A stretch of 64,000 nt of DNA from Pseudomonadota bacterium (GTDB taxonomy: Bacteria > UBA10199 > 2-02-FULL-44-16 > DYJF01): NCBI GenBank assembly GCA_043823065.1, contig JBDRBB010000006.1, positions 128,001 to 192,000 of the forward strand, read 5' to 3'. This document shows positions 1 to 11,600 of the stretch, one piece after another (positions within the stretch are counted from its first letter, which is position 1; each line of letters begins with the position of its first letter). The translations under genes were made by a program, and so were the position numbers. The notes under the pieces are model-generated. The model was given only the letters and a program-made list of their open reading frames with translations, ran no database searches and was not told the DNA's origin.

Positions 1-238
1 CGCGCATTGCCAAAAGACCGCCGTGAATTTTAGGATGCAAAGTTTTTAACCGACCATCTAAAATTTCTGGGGAACCTGTATAATCTGAAATTTCAATCAC
101 TGGAATTTTTGCCTCTTGCAAGGCCTTAGCTGTGCCGCCAGTAGATAAAATTTCAATCCCCAACTCAGCCAAACCTTTGGCAAATTCAACTATACCGCTC
201 TTATCTGAAACACTTATAAGTGCACGTTCTACTTTCAT
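1..238 (-). CDS. purH: Bifunctional AICAR transformylase/IMP cyclohydrolase, 5' part (runs off the window)
   Basis: Manual translation from ATG at 238: [23 protein letters not shown]...STGGTAKAL...[17 protein letters not shown], the PurH N-terminal signature. GGGAGA RBS upstream. Not in the ORF track. Confidence 0.95.
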   Translation of the reverse strand, partial: MKVERALISVSDKSGIVEFAKGLAELGIEILSTGGTAKALQEAKIPVIEISDYTGSPEILDGRLKTLHPKIHGGLLAMR

Positions 239-271
239 GTTATTCTCCCTATTTTGTCATCCTGAGAAATA

Positions 272-359
272 TGTCATACCCGCGAAAACGGGGATCCAAT
301 CTGTTATAATAAGCTAGATTCCCGCCTTCGCGGGAATGACAAGCTTCGCGGGAATGACA
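272..359. repeat. REP-like palindromic element (GTCAT(A/T)CCCGCG...CGCGGGAATGAC family) with tandem duplication of the right end
   Basis: TGTCATACCCGCGAAAACGGGGATCCA ... TAGATTCCCGCCTTCGCGGGAATGACA, then CTTCGCGGGAATGACAA repeated at 18-bp period. Related copy at 40939-41041. Confidence 0.8.
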
Positions 360-361
360 AA

Positions 362-1723
362 CTAATTCGACAAGGCGCTGGCTGTGCCGCCAATTTGAAA
401 CAAACTCTTGATATCTTCATCCACTAATCTAAAACCTGCGCCTACAAAATAGTCCACAGGTTGATTGGGATTAATAATATCGTCAGCGCCGCCTAACAGA
501 TAAAAGTTTTTGGTAACATTAACTCCGCCATATAATTTGATATGGGGTTTTTCACCATAGCGGGTAGTGAAATCATAGGCTTCAGCATGGGCAGAAGCTG
601 GGCCCAAAAAATAATCAGCTCCCAAGCCACCAGTTGATTCAATAATTCCACCCCGGATTTGAAAATCATAAAACTTTTTGGCTAGCTGGGCGGAAATGCG
701 CACCGCATTGCGGTCAATAGTTGCTGTATGGGTTTGCACCGTAGTAGTAGCATTGTTAACTGTAACCTCTGTGGTTTTTTCCACATGACTGGGATTGGGG
801 TTGGGATCTGCCACCACATCTAACAAAAAAGCCTTGTCTGGCGAAGGCCGCAAAGCCAGCGAAACATAGTGTTTAAAATCTTCAGTTTTGGCCATGTATT
901 CAGCATGATAACCAATTTCTGTTTCCAATTTTCGCATGCCACCCAAGGTATCATTTAAGCTATCTATTGCTTCATTTAGTTTTTCCACTGTTTCTTCATC
1001 ATTAACCAATTTACCAATTGTGCCTTCGCCACGATCAATCTTGCCCGTAATGGAAGCAACATGCTCCATGGAAGATTCAACTTCTTCGCGACTCCTTCTT
1101 AGGGCTTCAGTAAATTCAGCTAGATTTACAGAAATACGATTAATATTTTCCTGATTGTGAATAGTTAAAGTTTTAATAGTTTCTGTAAACTCATCTAGAT
1201 TATTAATGATGCGATTAATGGGAGCTGTGCCTTCCTGATTGACCATGGTTTTTAAGGAAGAAGTAATGGCCTTAATGTCATTGGCAATCTCGTTAAATTG
1301 CGCCATGAGCTGATTAAGATCGCCGGAAGCGCCAGTGTCAGCAATTTCCTGGCCTTTGCCCAAAGTTGGCACATTAAAACTGCCAGGAATTAACTCCACA
1401 TAAGTTTCACCTAAAAAGCCCCGACTGCGCAGCACTGCCTTGCTATCTTCTGGAAGTTTCACCTTGCGGTTAAGCAACAAGGTTACCTTAGCCTGTCGTG
1501 AATCAAAAAGCTCCAAATCTTTGACCACACCCACCTGCACTCCGGCTAGTTCCACCGGAGCCTTAATTTTCAAACCAGTGGCATTTTCAAAAATAGCTTC
1601 TAGTTCATAGCCCCGACCAGCTGTGACTGCCCTCTCGCTGACTTTAATCGTAATCAGGCCGGCCAGAGCAATCATAATTGCGGCAAACAAACCAACTTTC
1701 ATTTCCAAGGAAAGTCGCTTCAC
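362..1723 (-). CDS. mlaD: MCE/MlaD family lipid transport protein (long form)
   Basis: N-terminal TM segment, MCE motif GLKIKAPVELAGVQVGVV, helical region, G(S/T)IGKL motif; in operon with mlaEF. Confidence 0.85.
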   Translation of the reverse strand: MKRLSLEMKVGLFAAIMIALAGLITIKVSERAVTAGRGYELEAIFENATGLKIKAPVELAGVQVGVVKDLELFDSRQAKVTLLLNRKVKLPEDSKAVLRSRGFLGETYVELIPGSFNVPTLGKGQEIADTGASGDLNQLMAQFNEIANDIKAITSSLKTMVNQEGTAPINRIINNLDEFTETIKTLTIHNQENINRISVNLAEFTEALRRSREEVESSMEHVASITGKIDRGEGTIGKLVNDEETVEKLNEAIDSLNDTLGGMRKLETEIGYHAEYMAKTEDFKHYVSLALRPSPDKAFLLDVVADPNPNPSHVEKTTEVTVNNATTTVQTHTATIDRNAVRISAQLAKKFYDFQIRGGIIESTGGLGADYFLGPASAHAEAYDFTTRYGEKPHIKLYGGVNVTKNFYLLGGADDIINPNQPVDYFVGAGFRLVDEDIKSLFQIGGTASALSN

Positions 1724-2451
1724 GAATTTTCTCCTCTTAAAAATTTATGTACAGCTGGATTTTGAGATTTACGAATGACTTCTGGACTGCCTTGCTCAAT
1801 AATTTTGCCCCCCATAATCATAGCAATTTGATCTGCCACCCGAAACGTGGATTCAATATCATGACTTATCACCACTGAGGTGATATTTAAGGTTTGTTGC
1901 ATGGACAAGATAAGATTGTCAATAGATCCAGTCATAATTGGGTCTAACCCAGTGGTTGGCTCATCATATAAAATTATTTCTGGCTCCAAAACAATGGCTC
2001 TAGCCAAACCAGCTCTCTTTTTCATACCACCTGAAAGTTCATCAGGCATTTTATCACCCACATCGGTTAAGCCAACTAATCTTAATTTTTCTTTAACAAT
2101 TTTTTCAACTTGTTGCGAAGTTTTATCTGGAGCATGCTCGCGCAAAGGAAACGCCACATTGTCAAAAACTGAAAGAGAATCAAAAAGCGCGGCACTTTGA
2201 AACAGCATACCAAAGCGTCTTCTAACTTTATTGATTTGCACACGATCTAAGGTGTTAATATCCTGACCATCTACTACAACCCTACCAGAATCAGGCTTTA
2301 AAAGCCCAATTATGTGGCGCAAAAGCACTGTCTTGCCGCATCCTGAAGGACCAATAATAACTGTGATCTGGCCTTTGGGAATTTTTAAATTCACGCCGCG
2401 CAAGACTTCGTGCTGATTAAAGGATTTATGTAAATTAATAATTTCAATCAT
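1720..2451 (-). CDS. mlaF: MlaF-type ABC ATPase
   Basis: Walker A GPSGCGKT, LSGGMKKR signature, YDEPTTGLDP. Confidence 0.9.
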   Translation of the reverse strand: MIEIINLHKSFNQHEVLRGVNLKIPKGQITVIIGPSGCGKTVLLRHIIGLLKPDSGRVVVDGQDINTLDRVQINKVRRRFGMLFQSAALFDSLSVFDNVAFPLREHAPDKTSQQVEKIVKEKLRLVGLTDVGDKMPDELSGGMKKRAGLARAIVLEPEIILYDEPTTGLDPIMTGSIDNLILSMQQTLNITSVVISHDIESTFRVADQIAMIMGGKIIEQGSPEVIRKSQNPAVHKFLRGENS

Positions 2452-3254
2452 TTTAACAAATACTCAACAATCCAACTGGTTAAGAAATAATCAATAACCA
2501 AAACAGTAACCGAGGAGAGCACCACAGCTCTGGTGGTGCGCCTACCAACTCCTTGGGCTCCACCTCTGGTCTTAAACCCTTGATAACAACTTATGGCAGC
2601 AATACAGAAACCAAAAACTGCTGCCTTGATTAGGCCGCTAAAAAAATCATCGCCGTCTAAATAGTAATAAAGCTTAGAAAGCAGCAAACCTTCACTAATT
2701 CCCAAAATATAGACACCAACTAAATAAGAACCAAACATGCCCACAAAATTATAGAGCACGGTCAACATGGGAACCATGATTACTGCTGACCAAACCCTGG
2801 GCACTGCCAAATATTGAATAGGATCCACGGCCATGGTTTCCAAGGCATCGATTTGCTCGGAAACTTTCATGCTGCCAATTTCTGCAGCCATGGAAGAACA
2901 AGCGCGGGCTGTAACCATCAGCGCGGTAAAAACCGGCGCAATCTCTCTGGCCAAAGAAAGACCCACAGTTGCGCCAACCATGCTTTCCATATTAAACAAG
3001 GCGTAAACCTTGCCAACTTGTAAAGCAAAAACCGCCCCGGAAAAAAAAGCGGTTAAGACAATAATGCCTGTGGATTTTACACCCACAAATTCCATTTGCT
3101 CAAACAGCTGGGTTAAGCGAAAAGGTTTGCGAAAAGTCCATCTAATAATCTCTCTGACAAAAACACACCACTCGCCTAAACAGCGCATAGAGCTCAGGAT
3201 GTGAGCACCAAGGGGAGTTAAGACAGGACTTATAACATTAATAATGCGTTCCAT
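2448..3254 (-). CDS. mlaE: MlaE family ABC permease
   Basis: REIAPV, AEIGSMKVSEQIDALETMAVDP, GGAQGVGRRTTRAVV motifs. Confidence 0.92.
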   Translation of the reverse strand: MERIINVISPVLTPLGAHILSSMRCLGEWCVFVREIIRWTFRKPFRLTQLFEQMEFVGVKSTGIIVLTAFFSGAVFALQVGKVYALFNMESMVGATVGLSLAREIAPVFTALMVTARACSSMAAEIGSMKVSEQIDALETMAVDPIQYLAVPRVWSAVIMVPMLTVLYNFVGMFGSYLVGVYILGISEGLLLSKLYYYLDGDDFFSGLIKAAVFGFCIAAISCYQGFKTRGGAQGVGRRTTRAVVLSSVTVLVIDYFLTSWIVEYLLK

Positions 3255-4393
3255 TATTTATATATCCTCGGTATTCTCCTGGAGATACCGCATAAAATTT
3301 CATAGGAGATGCTATCTATCCAGCTAGCCATTTCATCAGCGGTAATTTGCTCGTTACCTTGTGAGCCTAAAATAACTACGTCATCGCCCACACTGATCTC
3401 TGGCAGATTAGTAACATCAACCATAATCATATCCATGGTAACGCGACCCACAACCGGCGCCCGCTTGCCTCTTACCAGAACATAAGCTTTATCTGTAAAA
3501 TTAAACCTATAACCATCTGCGTAACCAATGGGCACTGCACCCAAACGCGAATCTTTCGCGGTCTTAAACGTGCAACCATAACTTACCGCAGTTCCTTGGG
3601 GCACACGCTTAAGCAAGGCAATTTTACTTTGCACGCCCATTACTGGCTTAAGCTTAATTTCTGGCGGTAGTTTTAGGCCATCAGCATAACCATATAGCGC
3701 TATGCCAGGCCGCACCCAAATTTTAGCTGCCTTAAATTTTGCCAAAGATCTCTGGGCAATAATTGCTGCACTATTGCTAAAATGCCAGACAGGAATTTCT
3801 CCCAGCTTTTTTTCAATTTCTTGTTTGGCCCTTAAAAAAACTTCTAACTGAAAAGTAGTATAATCTTTATCTTCAGCTGCAGCTAAATGGGTCATCACCC
3901 CTTCAACTCTGATCGATTTTGATTTAGCCAAACCTTCCAGCAAGGGAGACAAAAATTCCGGACGAACCCCTAAACGGCTCATACCTGTATCCACTTTCAA
4001 ATGCACGCTTAATTGACGGCCATATTTTTGCGCTGCCAGCTCCAAACAATCTAACACATCTTTACTATGCACCACAGGAATTAGATTAGACTCCACCATG
4101 CCATCTGTTGCAGGCCCACCCATACCCATAAGACCGCCCATGACCAAAATTGGGGCCTCAATTTTAGCCTGACGCAACTCAATGCCTTCTTCCACAGTAG
4201 CCACGCCTAATACATCAATTTGATTTTCAATTAATTTTTGCGAAACTTGCACAGCGCCATGGCCATAAGCATCTGCTTTGACCATACCCAAAATGCCAAC
4301 AGCTGGAGGAACCAAACTCTTTAAAGTTTGAAAATTATATTCCAAGGCCTGCAGGTCTATGGTAGCTATTGTTGGTCTATAAACAGTTTTCAT
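3254..4393 (-). CDS. alr: Alanine racemase
   Basis: VKADAYGHG PLP-lysine motif, HLKVDTGMSRLG, SYG, GRVTMD. Confidence 0.97.
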   Translation of the reverse strand: MKTVYRPTIATIDLQALEYNFQTLKSLVPPAVGILGMVKADAYGHGAVQVSQKLIENQIDVLGVATVEEGIELRQAKIEAPILVMGGLMGMGGPATDGMVESNLIPVVHSKDVLDCLELAAQKYGRQLSVHLKVDTGMSRLGVRPEFLSPLLEGLAKSKSIRVEGVMTHLAAAEDKDYTTFQLEVFLRAKQEIEKKLGEIPVWHFSNSAAIIAQRSLAKFKAAKIWVRPGIALYGYADGLKLPPEIKLKPVMGVQSKIALLKRVPQGTAVSYGCTFKTAKDSRLGAVPIGYADGYRFNFTDKAYVLVRGKRAPVVGRVTMDMIMVDVTNLPEISVGDDVVILGSQGNEQITADEMASWIDSISYEILCGISRRIPRIYK

Positions 4394-4461
4394 AAAAAGA
4401 GTGGTTACCTAGCACAGGGTTGCTTGTCAAAAGTTTAATTTATCTGTATAGCATATATAAT

Positions 4462-5235
4462 ATGAATATCACTTGTCAGTATATTGGCCATGCCACAACC
4501 CTAATTAAAATTGGGCAGACCTGTTTTTTAACTGATCCAAATTTTTCCAATCGCGTGTTATTTTTCAAGAGGCAGGTTAAACTTACACCTGCCCCAAATG
4601 AACTACCCAAAATTGATACTATTTTAATCAGTCATGTGCATTTTGATCATTTGGATTTTAATAGTTATAAATATATTTCGGTCAATGTACCAATTATCGT
4701 ACCTGAATCATGCTACAAACTCCTGGCCAAATATTTACCCAATCCTGTAACTGAGCTGGGCCTTTTTGCCACCCACAATTTGCGCGATGGCAGCAAAATA
4801 ACTGCAGTAACCGCTAGGCATAGAGGTGGCCGGCTTTCTCATTTGCGCTACACTACAACTAATAGTTATTTAATTCAAAAAGATGGGTGCACGGTCTTTT
4901 TTTGCGGAGATTCTGGCTATGGTCCTCATTTTAAAGAAATAGCCAATCTAGCCAAAATAGATTTGGCCCTGCTGCCTATTGCCAATTATGAACCCCAATG
5001 GTTTATGAAAACCAGACATATGAAGCCAGGTGAGGCAGTGCAGGCTTTTGAAGATTTAAAAGCCAAATGGATGATTCCCATTCATTGGGGCACATTCAAA
5101 TTATCTGCAGAACCCCTGAACCAGCCCTTAAAACTCTTGGATAAAATTATAGCGGAACGTCCCAGTCTTAAAGATAAGATTCACATTCTACCGCATGGTC
5201 AAGAAATAACTTTGCGCCCAAAACCCACCTCTTGA
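4462..5235 (+). CDS. MBL-fold metallo-hydrolase (NAPE-PLD/UlaG-like)
   Basis: GHAT, TDP, SHVHFDHLD, GDSGY, PIHWGTF motifs. Start placed at ATG 4462 rather than TTG 4420. Confidence 0.85.
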   Translation: MNITCQYIGHATTLIKIGQTCFLTDPNFSNRVLFFKRQVKLTPAPNELPKIDTILISHVHFDHLDFNSYKYISVNVPIIVPESCYKLLAKYLPNPVTELGLFATHNLRDGSKITAVTARHRGGRLSHLRYTTTNSYLIQKDGCTVFFCGDSGYGPHFKEIANLAKIDLALLPIANYEPQWFMKTRHMKPGEAVQAFEDLKAKWMIPIHWGTFKLSAEPLNQPLKLLDKIIAERPSLKDKIHILPHGQEITLRPKPTS

Positions 5236-5266
5236 CCGCCTGCCTTAAATATGTTCATCTCGGCCA

Positions 5267-5755
5267 ATGTCAAAAATAGCAGTTTGCCCAGGAAGTTTTG
5301 ATCCTATCACCTTAGGCCATCTTAATGTTATTGAAAGATGTCTTAAGATTTTTGATAAAATCATAGTTGCTGTGGCTATAAACACAAGCAAGCAGGCCAT
5401 ATTTACCCCTGAAGAACGCGTCATGCAGCTTAAAGAAATATTTAAAGATTACAACAACGTAGAGGTTGATTCTTTTCAAGGACTTTTGGTAAATTATGTA
5501 AAGGATAAACAAATAAAAACAGTTATTCGCGGTATTAGAAATATGAGTGATTATGAATATGAATCGCAATTGTCCTTGGCTAATCGCACCTTAGATCCAA
5601 GCTTGGAATTTATTTATATGTTAACTGAGGGTAAATATGCCCATTTAAGTTCTTCTTTTGTTAAAGAAATTATCAAATTTGGCGGATCAGGCTGCGGAAT
5701 GATTCATCCGATAGTGGAAAAAAAGTTGCGCGAAAAATTATCCCCCAAGATTTAA
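5267..5755 (+). CDS. coaD: Phosphopantetheine adenylyltransferase
   Basis: PGSFDPITLGH, RGIR, DYEYE, SSSFVKE motifs. Confidence 0.97.
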   Translation: MSKIAVCPGSFDPITLGHLNVIERCLKIFDKIIVAVAINTSKQAIFTPEERVMQLKEIFKDYNNVEVDSFQGLLVNYVKDKQIKTVIRGIRNMSDYEYESQLSLANRTLDPSLEFIYMLTEGKYAHLSSSFVKEIIKFGGSGCGMIHPIVEKKLREKLSPKI

Positions 5756-5769
5756 ACCGGAGGAAAGTT

Positions 5770-7158
5770 ATGGATTGCTGGAAAACAGTTGAAGCTCTAG
5801 AAAATGCTGGCCAACTAACCTTTGAAATCAAGAACAAAAAACTAAAAATTATTGATGAAGCCCGTTTTAGAAACGACACTGTTCAAAAATTAATTTGGAA
5901 CGCAACCTTTGCAGAAGATGAAAGTGTCAAAAAACTTGCCCAATGGGTTATTTGGGAGGCTTCCTTACAATTAGATGCTATTTCTTCTTCAATTCAGGAT
6001 TTTTATTTAGCCAGAGCAAAAGATAAATGGCAAAATCTTACTGTACCAGCAATTAATCTGCGCGGTTTAACCTATGATATTGCTTGCACTATTTTTAAGG
6101 TCTTAAATCGCCTAAACGCCCAAGCCTGTATTTTTGAAATTGCCAAAACAGAAATGGAATATACCAAACAGCCTCCTGCTGAATATGCTAGCTGCATTTT
6201 AGCAGCAGCTATGCATGAGTACTATAGAGGTCCAATTTTTCTGCAAGGCGATCATTTTCAAATAAATGCCAAGAATTTTGCCAAGGATCGTAAAAAAGAA
6301 TTGGATAATTTAAAACATCTCATTACAGAATCTGTAGAAGCTGGCTTTTTCAATTTTGATCTTGATACTTCTACTTTGGTTGATTTAAGCCAGGCCGAGA
6401 TTTGCGATCAACAGCAACCCAATTTCACCAATGCCGCAGAACTGGCTAAATTTATTCGAGCCAATGAACCAAAAGGCGTTACCATAGCTATTGGCGGTGA
6501 AATTGGTGAAAATGGCGAAGCAAACAGCACTGAAGAAGAACTCAGTTGTTTTGTGGAAGGCTTTAACAGCGCCCTGAATTTAGATACGAATATAAAACCA
6601 GTTGGTTTGTCTAAAATATCGGTTCAAACCGGGGCCATCCATGGTGGGGTAGTTTTGGCCAATGGTTCTATTGCCAAAGTAAAACTTGATTTTGAAACTT
6701 TGGAGAAGTTGGGAAAACTAGCCAGAGAACAGTTTGACCTGGGCGGAGTTGTCCAACACGGGGCTTCAACTTTGACGGAAAACGCTTTTGATAATTTTCC
6801 CAAACGAGAAACATTAGAAGTGCATCTAGCCACAGCTTTTCAAAATATTATTTATGAAACCACTGCCTTCCCCAAGATCTTGCGGGAAAATATCTACAAG
6901 TGGCTAAAACAAAATTGCGCTCAGGAAGCGCCTGAAGGCTTAACAGACGAGCAATTCTATTATAGAACCAGAAAAAAAGGTTTTGGACCATTCAAAAAGG
7001 AATTATGGTCTTTATCTGATAATACTAAAACAGCTTTAATGAGTGAATTGGCCAGAACATTTGATATGATGTTTAGAAAACTGGGGGTTGAAAACAGTAA
7101 AGAATTAGTTGAGAAACTTGTCAAACCTGTCCCGGTACATCATGAATATCCTTTATGA
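5770..7158 (+). CDS. Class II fructose-bisphosphate aldolase family protein with N-terminal extension
   Basis: VPAIN, QGDH, GEIG, TGAIHGG, QHGAST metal-binding motifs. Confidence 0.8.
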   Translation: MDCWKTVEALENAGQLTFEIKNKKLKIIDEARFRNDTVQKLIWNATFAEDESVKKLAQWVIWEASLQLDAISSSIQDFYLARAKDKWQNLTVPAINLRGLTYDIACTIFKVLNRLNAQACIFEIAKTEMEYTKQPPAEYASCILAAAMHEYYRGPIFLQGDHFQINAKNFAKDRKKELDNLKHLITESVEAGFFNFDLDTSTLVDLSQAEICDQQQPNFTNAAELAKFIRANEPKGVTIAIGGEIGENGEANSTEEELSCFVEGFNSALNLDTNIKPVGLSKISVQTGAIHGGVVLANGSIAKVKLDFETLEKLGKLAREQFDLGGVVQHGASTLTENAFDNFPKRETLEVHLATAFQNIIYETTAFPKILRENIYKWLKQNCAQEAPEGLTDEQFYYRTRKKGFGPFKKELWSLSDNTKTALMSELARTFDMMFRKLGVENSKELVEKLVKPVPVHHEYPL

Positions 7159-8624
7159 AAAACAACGGGGTTGCTGTATTAACCATTTGTTTCTTTTTAT
7201 TTTGTCTTTTTCCCTCATTTGCCTCTAGCGCAGATACACTCTTGCTTTCTGCCCAAAAGGTTCAAGACTTAGCCTTAGAACAAAATTACTCGGTTCAGGT
7301 GGCTAAGCTGCAAAAAGAAATTGCCAAGCAAGCCATTCCCCAAGCTAAAGGCGTGTATGACACTAACCTGGGTCTAGACGCTAACCATAATATTAATGAT
7401 ACAACAAAAACTTCAGCAATCTTTGGCGGACGTATTGACACCACAACTGCAGGAATTTCTGCTACTAAAAAATTTGCCACAGGCACAGAAGCTGGCCTGG
7501 GTTTCTCAAACGTTAGAACCAAATATCATAACAATTTAGTTATTAACGGCAACCCCATCTATCCCCCCAATGCACTCTATGAACCGATTTTATCATTTTC
7601 CCTTAACCAGCCTTTAATGAAAAACGTGGCTGGTTTTATAGATCGCAAAACTGTGCAAGCAGCTGAAATTGGCTCTTTGGCTTCTGAATTAACCATTAGC
7701 AGGGAAATTCAAACTATTGTTTATAATGCCTTAGCCAATTATTGGAACTGGGTCTTAATTCGTCATCATATACAGGTTTTAGAAAAATCCGTACTTTTTG
7801 CAGAAAATTTTTTAAAAACAACTCTCTCAGAATATAATCTAGGCACTAAAGAGGAAACAGATGTTTTAGCAGCCAAAGCCAATGTTCTGGTGCGCAAAGA
7901 TCAACTTTTGATGTCCAAAGAATTGGAGCGCACTTGGCAAGAAAGTTTACGCGTGAATTTGGGAATTGGCCCGGAGATAACATTAAATAATCAAGAAAAA
8001 CTGCCTCCTTTTTTTGAACTTAAGCAAACCTTAGCTCAGGCAATAAATACTGCTTATGAAAAACGCCGCGACTATCTGGCCAGCAAGCAGGAATTGGAAT
8101 TAAGAAACGTTAATCTGGCTATTGCCAAAAATACCAGATGGCCAACTTTAGATATTTATGGTTCTTTAGACTTAAACGATATTCAAACCAGTTATGCAGA
8201 GGCGTTAAGCAACCTGGATAATCCAAATCTTACTGTGGGTTTGCAATTTTCTGTACCTTTGGAAAATCGGGTAGCCCGAGCCAATAAACGCATTGCTGAT
8301 TTTGAAAAAACTCAAGCTTTGGTAGCTTTGAAGGATTTACAAAACCGGATTGCCAACAATGTTTCCAGAACCTATCAGGAAGTTCTAAGTCGCAGAACCA
8401 TTATTAACCAGTCTCAGGAAGCCTTGAAACTTCAAGTAAAAAAATTAGAACAAGAAATGGAAAAATATTCTTTCGGCAGATCTTCTTCTGATCTAGTAAT
8501 TAGATATCAAGATGATGTGATCAATTCGGAAAGGGCTAATGTTGATGCTTGGGTAGAATACCAAAGTGCTGTGTTAAACTTACAACTAGCCATGGGAACT
8601 TTAGTGTATGCGCCGCATATTTGA
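7155..8624 (+). CDS. TolC family outer membrane protein
   Basis: Signal peptide, two OEP-type repeats, overlaps the RND gene. Confidence 0.88.
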   Translation: MKNNGVAVLTICFFLFCLFPSFASSADTLLLSAQKVQDLALEQNYSVQVAKLQKEIAKQAIPQAKGVYDTNLGLDANHNINDTTKTSAIFGGRIDTTTAGISATKKFATGTEAGLGFSNVRTKYHNNLVINGNPIYPPNALYEPILSFSLNQPLMKNVAGFIDRKTVQAAEIGSLASELTISREIQTIVYNALANYWNWVLIRHHIQVLEKSVLFAENFLKTTLSEYNLGTKEETDVLAAKANVLVRKDQLLMSKELERTWQESLRVNLGIGPEITLNNQEKLPPFFELKQTLAQAINTAYEKRRDYLASKQELELRNVNLAIAKNTRWPTLDIYGSLDLNDIQTSYAEALSNLDNPNLTVGLQFSVPLENRVARANKRIADFEKTQALVALKDLQNRIANNVSRTYQEVLSRRTIINQSQEALKLQVKKLEQEMEKYSFGRSSSDLVIRYQDDVINSERANVDAWVEYQSAVLNLQLAMGTLVYAPHI

Positions 8625-11600
8625 ATTTTCAGTTAAACAACCTTTGTTCGTAAATTTACTCACCCTAATTGTGATCGTAGCTGGAGTGATGGCTTTGTTT
8701 CGTCTTAATCGTGAAGTATTCCCCAATATTAATCTTGATTTAGTGGTGATTAACACAGCTTATCCAGGAGCAACTCCAAGCGAAATTGAGAAAAGCATCA
8801 CCATTCCCATTGAAAAAGAACTGAAAAAAGTTAGTGATTTAAAAGAAATCACCTCTGTTTCTTTAGAAGGATCTTCCGTGATTGTGGTGGAAATCGAACC
8901 TGACGCGCCTAATAAAAACACCGTGGTAAACGATATCCAGCGCGCTGCAGACCGGGCTGAAGATTTGCCTGCAGATTTAAAAGATCCTCCTTTGGTGGAA
9001 GAAATCCAAACCAGAAACCAGCCAATTGTTACCTTGTCCATGTCTAGCCAAACCCTTCCTGAACAGGAAATGGTTAAATATGCCCAAGCCCTGGAAACCA
9101 AGCTGTTAGACCAACCCATGGTTGCCTCTGTGGAGCGCTATGGCTGGCGAGACAAGGAAATTTGGCTAGAAGTAGATCCGGAAAAAGCTGCAAAATACTA
9201 TCTATCGTTGGCGCAAATCATAAATGTTATTAAGGAACGAAATGTTAATGTTTCTGGCGGAAGCATTGTTAGCAATGGCTCAGAACAGTTAGTGCGCACT
9301 TCTGGTGAATTTGATAAATCTGAAGACATAAAAAAAATAGTGCTGCGCGCTAATGAACAAGGTAACTGGGTGCAGGTTTCAGATATCGCAACTATCAAAG
9401 ATACATTTGAGCGAGAAAAACTCATAACCCGCACTAATGGCCAACCTTCTATCAATCTAATTGTAGTGAAAAAAGAACATGGCGATGCTATTCAAATGGT
9501 CAAAGATGTTAAACAGTTGGCCCTAGATTTTTCCGCCAGCATTGCCGGACTGGATATAACTTTGGTAGATGACCTTTCCTTTTATATCAAGCGCCGCTTA
9601 AACGTGCTTATTTCCAACGGCTGGGTTGGTATAATTTTAGTCATCATATCTTTATTCTTTTTCCTTTCCTCCAGAATCGCCTTAGTCACAGCCGTGGGCA
9701 TTCCCATAGCTTTCTTAACCACTTTTGTGGCAATGTATATTGGGGGCATGACCATTAATTTAATTACCATGGTTGGGCTAATCATTGTGCTAGGTATGTT
9801 AGTGGATGACGCCATTGTGGTTGCTGAAAACGTTTTTCGTTTATATGAAAGTGGCCTGCCCCCAGCTAAAGCCGCGGTGCAAGGCGCACTTGAAGTTTGG
9901 AAACCTGTTACGACTTCTGTTTTTACCACTATTGCCGCGTTTGCCCCTTTGATGTTTATGAGCGGCATTTTGGGCAAGTTTGTCATGTATGTGCCAATTG
10001 TTGTCATTATTGCTTTACTGGCTTCTTTGTTTGAAGCCTTTGTGATTTTACCTTCTCATTTAGCTGAAATGGAAAGAATCCCAAGTATTCCATTTTTTTC
10101 CAGATTCAAGAAACGCAGAAATTCAATAGAAGGCCGCATAGATTCCATTGCAGAGTTAAATGGTCGAATTTTAGGTTGGCTGCTAAAACGTCGCTATAAA
10201 GTTGCTGGCATTACCTTGGCCATATTTGGTATTACTCTGCTTCTAACATTAAAAGTGGTACCTTTTATCTTGTTCCCCTCACGAGGCATTGACGCTTTCT
10301 TCATTAGAGCCAAAGCGCCTTTAGGAACTTCTCTGCAAAAAACTTCCGACCTGGTAAAGGTCTTGGAGGAAAAATTTAAGACAGCAATGCCTGAGGGTGA
10401 AATGAATGATTTTGTAACTTATATTGGTGTGCAGCAGCAAGAACCCAATGACCCTGGAGCCAAACATGGCGACCATTTTGCCCAGATCAGCGTCTATCTT
10501 AAGCCCCATGTAGATCGAAACTATGATGCCGTTGAATTAATTGAGATCTTAAAAGAAAAAAATGTCAGCCAGGTAAATGGGTTTGAGGAAATAACCTTTG
10601 AAAAAGTTCAACCAGGTCCACCTGTTGGCAAAGCAGTGGAAGTACATGTGCGCGGCGATGATTTTAAGATTCTGGAAAAGTTGGCAGAACAAATTAAAGA
10701 ATATCTAAATACCTTACCAGGAGTTAGTGAAATTAAAGACAGCTATGAACCTGGCAAAGATGAATTGCAAATTATTGTTGATGAACAAGCTACCTCCAGA
10801 GCTGGATTAACTATTGCTGATGTGGCTCAGGCAGTACGAGCTTCCATAGATGGAGCAATTGCCACCACTATTCGCAAAAGTGATGAGGAAATTGATGTCA
10901 GAATTTTATATCCAGATAAATTACGTTATGAAACCAATGTGTTGGAGAAAATCTTAATTCCCAATCCAAATCTCAGATTAATTCCTTTAACTGCCATTGC
11001 TAAATTCAAGAAAACACCTGGCGTATTGGGAATTCATCACAGGGATCGGTTGCGCAGTATTACAGTTTCAGCTGATGTGGATCAGGAACAAGCCACCTCT
11101 ATTTCAGTGATGAAAGCTGTTGAAAAGAAATTTAAGAATATCAGCACCAACCATCCTGGTTATGTCCTGACTTTTGGCGGAGAATGGGAAAAAACCATGC
11201 AATCGTTGCGTGACTTTGGTTATGCTTTGGTTGTGGCATGCTTGATCATCTTTTTACTCCTAACCTTTGAGTTTCAATCAGTAATTCAGCCAATTTTAAT
11301 TATGTTTGCTATTCCTTACGGATTAGTTGGCGTATCTTGGGCTTTTTTGGCCCATTTTGAGCCGGCCAGTTTTCTGGCTATTTTTGGGGTGGTGGGTTTA
11401 TCTGGAGTGGTGGTCAACTCTTCCATTGTTTTGATTGATTTCATTAATAAGCAACGGGCAGAAGGTTTAAATATAGATGAAGCTATTATTAAGGGCACCC
11501 ATATCCGGCTAAGACCAATCTTTTTAACCACTGCCACAACTGTACTTGGCGTTTTGCCAGTTGCCTATGGAATAATGGGTTCTGATCCTTTCTTAAAACC